NCBI RefSeq assembly: GCF_001194135.2
Contig: NC_068987.1
Location: forward strand, 48,393,134 to 48,438,798
Reading direction: 5' to 3'
Length of the DNA stretch: 45,665 nt
DNA from: Octopus bimaculoides
Lineage: Eukaryota
Made by a program: the position numbers and the translations under genes. Positions 36,601 to 44,359 of this stretch are shown here, one piece after another; positions within the stretch are counted from its first letter, which is position 1; each line of letters opens with the position of its first letter. The notes beneath the pieces were generated by a model, which saw nothing but the letters and a program-made list of their open reading frames with translations, did not search any database and was not told where the DNA came from.

Positions 36601-39600
36601 CTAGTTCTATAATAGGAATACTTTTAATATCCATAAAAATTTTCACTTCTTCCTTCAGTTCATAAAATCGCTTAAGGATTTGGACCTTACTTAACCACTT
36701 AGCTTCACAATGGTACAATAAATCTCCATGTTCAGTTTCAAGATCTTTCGAAAATTCTTTAAATTCCCTATTATTCAACCCTTTACTTTTTATCAAATTA
36801 ACGGTCTAGTTACCACTTTCATTACATTATCCATCTTGAGAGATTTTGCACATAAACTTTCCATATAAATAAAGCAGTGACACAAAGTTTCCGGATCCAG
36901 AAGACGCTTCTTAAATTCATCCTTAATCAGAGCTATGAACCCTTTCTCATGACCTACCATAGATGGAGCGCCATCTGTGTAGCAAGACCACTCATTTTTT
37001 CATATAGTAAATCAAAATCTTCTGAGGCTGAGTCGACCATTTGGAATAAATCTTCACCTCTAATTGTTCCTTGCTTTGATTTTCAAGGCAAGAAATTCTT
37101 CCTGAATGTTGAATTTTGCAGTTATTCCATGTATAAATATTGCCATTTGAGCAGTATTAGACAGATCAGTTGTCTCATCAATAGCTAATGAATACAATAC
37201 AAATTCTGTTGATTCACATGTTAGAGAATTTTGAATGTCATCAGCAACATCTTTAATACAATCAGAAACAGTTTTTCTTGATAAGCTAATATTTCCAAAC
37301 AAAGTTTTTCTGGGCATATATTCTCAACAGCAGTAAGGATTCTTTCATAAATTCACCATCGTTATGTGGTGAGAGTTTTTTTTAGCAATATTTTCACATA
37401 CCACATAACTAGCTTGAGTAACTGATGCACTTTCAAGAATTGGCCTTTTAAAAAAAAAAGTGTCTTTTGGTCAGATTTTCTTTCAAGAAGGCTATCTTGT
37501 CTAAACGTTCAGATTCTTTCAAATTTTCATAGGTTTTATGCCGACTCACAAAATCTCTTAATATTATGCTTTTTATGAATAGCTGCTTGCTTGTTGCAAA
37601 TAAGACAAATGCACTTGTTACCTATTTCAATAAAAAAAAATAGGCGGAGGAGTGGCTGTGTGATAAGTAGCTTGCTTACCAACCATATGGTTCCGGGTTC
37701 AGTCCCACTGTGTGGCACCTTGGGCAAGTGTCTTCTACTATAGCCTAAGGCCGACCAAAGCCTCGTGAGTGGATTTGGTAGACAGAAACGTTAGCACACC
37801 AGGCGAAATGCTTAATGGTATTTCGTCTGCCGTTACGTTCTGAGTTCAAATTCTGCCGAGGTCAACTTTGCCTTTCGTCCTTTCGGGGTCGATAAATTAA
37901 GTACCAGTTACGCACTGGGGTCAATGTAATCAACTTAATCCCTTTGTCTGTCCTTGTTTGTCCCCTCTATGTTTAGCCCCTTGTGGGCAATAAAGAAAAA
38001 AAAGAAACTGAAAGAAGCCTGTTGTATATATGTGTGTTTGTCCCCACAACATTGCTTGACAACCGATACTGGTGTGTTTACGTCCCCATAATTTAGCAGT
38101 TCAGCAAAAGAGACCAACAGGATAAGTTCTAGGTTTACAAAGAATAAGTCCTGGGGTCGATTTGCTCGACTAAAGGTGGTGCTCCAGTATGGCCACAGTC
38201 AAATGACTGAAACAAGTAAAAGAGTAAAGCTCAGTCCATTTTCATCAAACAAATTATGTTCACCAGCACTTCTTTTTATAGGATTTTTATAACCACTTGC
38301 CATATTGATAAGGGTATTGAAAAATTGATTTGACAAAGTTATAAACCGGTTAAATTTATTTAATCACTTTCAGAACTTTTGTTTTACCACTGCCTGGGAA
38401 AAACAAAAGCCAACTGGCTTGTAGTCATAATGCATGCATTTNNNNNNNNNNNNNNNNNNNNNNNNNNNNNNNNNNNNNNNNNNNNNNNNNNNNNNNNNNN
38501 NNNNNNNNNNNNNNNNNNNNNNNNNNNNNNNNNNNNNNNNNNNNNNNNNNNNNNNNNNNNNNNNNNNNNNNNNNNNNNNNNNNNNNNNNNNNNNNNNNNN
38601 NNNNNNNNNNNNNNNNNNNNNNNNNNNNNNNNNNNNNNNNNNNNNNNNNNNNNNNNNNNNNNNNNNNNNNNNNNNNNNNNNNNNNNNNNNNNNNNNNNNN
38701 NNNNNNNNNNNNNNNNNNNNNNNNNNNNNNNNNNNNNNNNNNNNNNNNNNNNNNNNNNNNNNNNNNNNNNNNNNNNNNNNNNNNNNNNNNNNNNNNNNNN
38801 NNNNNNNNNNNNNNNNNNNNNNNNNNNNNNNNNNNNNNNNNNNNNNNNNNNNNNNNNNNNNNNNNNNNNNNNNNNNNNNNNNNNNNNNNNNNNNNNNNNN
38901 NNNNNNNNNNNNNNNNNNNNNNNNNNNNNNNNNNNNNNNNNNNNNNNNNNNNNNNNNNNNNNNNNNNNNNNNNNNNNNNNNNNNNNNNNNNNNNNNNNNN
39001 NNNNNNNNNNNNNNNNNNNNNNNNNNNNNNNNNNNNNNNNNNNNNNNNNNNNNNNNNNNNNNNNNNNNNNNNNNNNNNNNNNNNNNNNNGTGATACAAAC
39101 CTAGCAATATGTGTTTTATAGTGAAAACAAAATTTCCATTCAAATGGCAATTACCAGACGATTTCTGTTCGAGTCTGACCATTTTAAATCATAGTGGAAA
39201 CCCACCCTATATCACAAATAGGTATACAAGTATTGTATAAATTTTATAATTGAAAAATTTACTTTATTTTGTACATACGAGTATATCAGCCTGTCGGTGC
39301 AATAAAATGGGCTCACGCATACAATTGCACCCATGGGCAGGATTTTCTACACCCCTGCAGTAAATGAATAGAGATTACTTTTGTGTAATATCTTCTTGGT
39401 ATTTAGCAGAGTCAAAGTTGTTATTGTTGGTGGGGTTGAAAATTTGAATTTCTACTTCATTTACTGTCACCAGTGACATATTGGCAAATACACATAAATC
39501 TTAATAACTCTCCCAGTTTACTAAGTTGCAAGTAGGCAGGATAGAGAGGGTATTACAGCTTATTGAGAAAAGCAGCAGAGGCAGGTTAACCTGTGGTTTG

Positions 39601-42600
39601 AAAAGCCACAAAACGCAAGTAATTAACCTTTTTAATGCCAATGAGCCTGATACAGCCCCTAGTTCAATGATACAAACCTGTTTCAATGTGATCTAAAATA
39701 AAACCTTCAAACAAGACTGCATGCTTTTTTTTTTATTCTCCAAATACCAAGTTAATAAGGATAAAGTTATTTTATTAAATTCTTCTTTATCTTTAAAATT
39801 AATTAAAACAAAGGAAATGTATTTCAACTGAAATATGGTAATAAAAGAATTAAGGGAGAGATGCCTTAACAGCTTAACACTCTGACAACTAGGATAAACA
39901 TACTATGACACCTGGTAACAGCAATGAGTAAAAAATGGATAAGAACCAAGTTGTAATTTTAATACTTCAATCATCCTTTATAAACTACATATGAATTTTT
40001 TTTAAAACAAAAGTTTTGAAGTGAAGAAACAGCACAACAGAAATCAATTTTAAAAAGCAAAATAAAAGTTCCATACCAGGAATCTGTCCAATGTCTTCAT
40101 CAAAGATTTGACTATAGTCAAGTTGATGTTTCTCCAGAGTATCTTCAAAACGTTTTGGTCTAGAATTAATGGAAAAGGAAAAAAATAAAAACAGGTTTTA
40201 TTTTTTTTTCCTCCAAGAGATGATTACATCTATAATTTGTAAAAATAATTTTTTTAAATATAAAAAATATACCAAAGGTTTTGAACTCCTTTGAGCACTT
40301 TTTATTCTAGCAATTTGCATTGGAATGTCAATACAATCCTTATTCTTGCCATGGTTGTCATTTTTTACAGTAAAAAAAAAAACAGTGGTTAATCTTTCTG
40401 ATACTAACTTGCCTGAAACTACCCCTACTTTTATGGTATAAACTTGCTACGTTACAATGGCCTAAATTAAATCCTTTCAATATAATTTCATGTTATTTTA
40501 TATTCCAACACTAAATAATGGCAAAATTATTTTTCTAAGTTCTTCGTTATTTTCAAATTCAAACAAAAGCAGTGTATTTCAACAGAAATATGGTAACAAA
40601 AAGGTGAAAACAATTATTGCTCACTTGAGTAATTCTGGTTCTTCTTCAACAATAGCCTTCCCAGCAGCTTTATCTTTTGCCACATCCCTCATTCCCTGGA
40701 AACATAATGAAATGGTTACGTTTAATGAAATTTTCTGCAAATCAGAAAATCTGATATAAAGCCAAATGACAGAATTTTGTGAAACCTTATTTTTTATTAT
40801 TTGTAACTATGAAAAAAAAAAAAAAATTTAAACAGAAAAATCATTCCGACCTTTAACACTTTTTCACTTTCGTCCTGTCCATCCCGCCGTCGTCTCAATC
40901 TCAGCTTGCGAGCAATTGAATCCTTGGGTGCTAAAAGAAAGGTGATATTTTCAAATTAAGGAATAACTGACTAGCAATAACATACAATAAATAAATACAA
41001 GTATATAAGCCTTAAAAAAAGAAGCAAAAACAAAGCAAAGTCTGTTATTTAAACTATTCGTTGCTATATTTCTCTTGGTATATACTGCCTTTGTTTTCAC
41101 TTAATTTTGAAAATAAAGAATTTAGTAAAATAACTGTCATGAAGCTGGTGTTTGGAGCATAAATTAACATGAAAATTTGATGAAAGTGTTTAATTAAGCT
41201 CACTTTAAAATAAGGACTTTATAACCGAACTAGATGCAGGTCTTCTATCATCCAGACTGATAAGTAAATAAAATTAAATTTTATGCTCATAAAAACTGAC
41301 TGAAGGAGGCATTAAATCAGTTCTTAGATGAGCACTTATGACCTCATTTCATTTATGTTTTTAAGTTTGTTTTCCCCAAGCTGGTATGGTTTGGACAATA
41401 CTTATTGAGGAAATATATTATGGCTTTATGTCTTTCCTGTTGCCAATTCTTAGCTGTATTTCAATTTAGGTATCTTTATTCCACTGCAATTTAACTTGGT
41501 GCTCAACTGCTTCAAGCATTTTCCCTACTTGTGTGTTTGAATTCACACACACACACACACACACACAGACAGACAGACAGACAGAGTAGAATAACTGCCA
41601 GATGACAGTAACTTTAGAAATATACTTTTGCATCATGGGTAATATCAGAAAATATTGGCATACATACAATAATTATGATTTAACTCTTATCAAATGATGA
41701 AATGAATACTAATTTTTAAAAGTAAAATATTACCTTACAATAAAATTAAATAAAATAATTTCTCATTTATATAACTCCTCTTATAATTTACTGTTATATA
41801 CTCCCTCTCCCTCACCTCTGTCTATGATTCTTTCTCTCACACTTCATTGTTTGTTACCAAACCTACGATGTTCCCTCATCCTGTATCTCTTATGTTAACT
41901 CTCTCTGTATCACTTTTATTCTCTTTATACAATCTAAAGAGTGACTGGAGAAAGCAAGAGACTGATCCAACTCCATCCAACTCATCTGACCTTTAGATAC
42001 TGTAACAAATGAGCTTGATAGAAAAAAACTTAGAAGAACATGGAAATATATTAAAATACAATATGCGGACAAAAAAAAATAATTATAAAAATAGGTGAAT
42101 ATCACTTACCTGGTGTTTGTTCTGTCTGAGGGGGAGCTGCGGCACCTGCTAAACGTAACTGATTTGCCAATGAAAAGTCAATGTTGTAAAATTCTTTGCG
42201 CATCCGGATTTCTTCTGGTTTAGGAGGCATTATCAAATCTGGATTATCTCGTACATCCAGAGTCTAAGCAAAAAGAAAGAATTGAAATATAAGTATATGT
42301 GTGTGTGACAGAGTGCTAGTGTAATGAGAGAAAGGTTAGGTATAAGAAGAATTAGATGCAGTGTGCAAGAGAGAAGACTGCTAGTTTGGTCATGTGATGC
42401 CAATGGATGTAGACAGTTGCACACAGAAGTGTCAATCACTTAAAGTGGATGGAACTCATGGAAGAGGGAGACCCAGGAAGACATGGGATGAAGTACTGAA
42501 GGCTGATCTCAGGACACTGGGCCTTATGAAGGAAATTACAAAGGACCAAGATATCTGGTGCCAACGCCATGTAGAAAGCACCTGTGTTGGTACTGTGTAA

Positions 42601-43969
42601 AAGGCACCCATACTAGCACCTTGTACAAAGTACTTGTGCTCGGCCACATAAAAAGCACGTGTGCCAGTGCCATATGAATAGCATCCGTGTTGGTGTCATG
42701 TGAAAAACACCAAGGCTAGTGTTATGTAAAAAGCACCCAACACACTCTAAAAAGTGGTTGGTGTTAGGAAACATGTCCAGTAAGTTCACTGCAGGAAAAT
42801 TCACCATCATCAATTCACTGCAGGGAAAGTTCACTACCATCGATTCACTGATTTTTTTTATCTCAATAAAATAGTTTTAAACTATTAATGGTAAGATACT
42901 ATGGATATATTTTCATGATGGACTTTCTTCACAGTAAATTGATGGTGGTCAACTTTCCCTGCAGTGAATTGATGGAAGTGAACTTAACTGTAATCGTTAG
43001 GAAGTGCATCCAACCCTAGAAACCAAGTTAAATCACTTCAGCTTGTCAACTCTGGTCAAACTGTTCACCCCATATGGATGCTAAATGATGATGACACCTG
43101 GAAATTACAGCTTTAGGTAGTACATGCAAAGTGCTGCAGCTACTAGTAAAGAATGACCAGATTAACACTGCTTTACTCAAGCAGTAACACGGAATGTAAA
43201 CATACATGCACAAATACACACACATTATCAACATCCTAATCATCATTTAACATCTATGTTCATGCTGGAATGGGTTGGAAGGCTCAACAGGACATAACAG
43301 ATCGAAGGGAGACTGCTTTGTGTTCCATTGTCTACTTTGTCATGGTTTCTATGGCTAGATGCCCTTCCTAACACCAACCAGTTTACAGCATGTTGTGGAT
43401 GCTTTTTTGCAAGGCCAGACACTAGAAAGGTGACCATGCAACATGCAAGACTATGAACTCCAAGAGAGGTGGTGTTATGCTAGATGATAAGGAGTTAAAG
43501 AAAGGGTCAGAGTAAAAAAGATTTCTTGCTGTTGAGGGGCTATATGTTGATTCACATTTTAGAAGAGAGGGCAGGGATGATTGGGATGGAGCTGTTAAGG
43601 AATAAAATAGTGATGGTGAGGGTGTTGGGTGAACCTTCAAGGTAAGAGGTGCATAAGAGTGGGGACAGAGGAACTGGGAGTGTGGATGGATAGGGCTTGC
43701 AAGACTGTATAGGAGAATGAGAGATGGGGAATGGGTGAGGATTGTGTGAATATAATGAATGTAGAACAAGTGTTGATGGGGAGATATAGTGAATGGTTGT
43801 GGGATGTCCAACAAGGCATGAGAAATACACGCATGCACACATACAGAGGGCTTCTTGCAGTTTCTGCCTATCAAATTCCCTCATGATTTCATGACTGTTG
43901 TGGAGGTGTGATAGAAGACACTTATGCAAGGTACCACACAATGGCACGGAGACTTGAAACCAGTCATGC

Positions 43970-44052
<83 letters not shown>

Positions 44053-44322
44053 GATGGCATCCTCTCATAGTCTGAGAAAGATAGTTCTGCAATTTGTAGC
44101 TGAACAGCCTACACAAATGATTTGTTTATAGTGATCAAATGTATGATGCCGTACATTAGCTCACTTCCACCGTATGTCAGATGTTGAAATGGTTGCACAG
44201 CAATGTGAGATGAAGTGTATTGCTGAAAAACAGAATGCACCACCTTGTTACGAAATTGACACTACAATCTCAATTGTGAGTACAATTTCCTAACTACTAG
44301 CCATGTGTCCTCACACACCCAC

Positions 44323-44359
<37 letters not shown>

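Larger units (their letters stand above)
35496..39357 (-). mobile_element. Near full-length hAT DNA transposon (Buster/Charlie/SPIN-like), decayed
   Basis: TIRs CAGGTGTGGGGAAA and CAGGGGTGTAGAAA (11 of 14 match); 8-bp flanks cagtacat and cagtaaat (7 of 8 match); contains a transposase pseudogene. Confidence 0.85.

Noticed and set aside
36877-37188. 103-aa + strand ORF
   Set aside because: An antisense shadow of the hAT transposase.
38370-39182. Long ORFs across the second large gap
   Set aside because: Artefacts of translating N runs.
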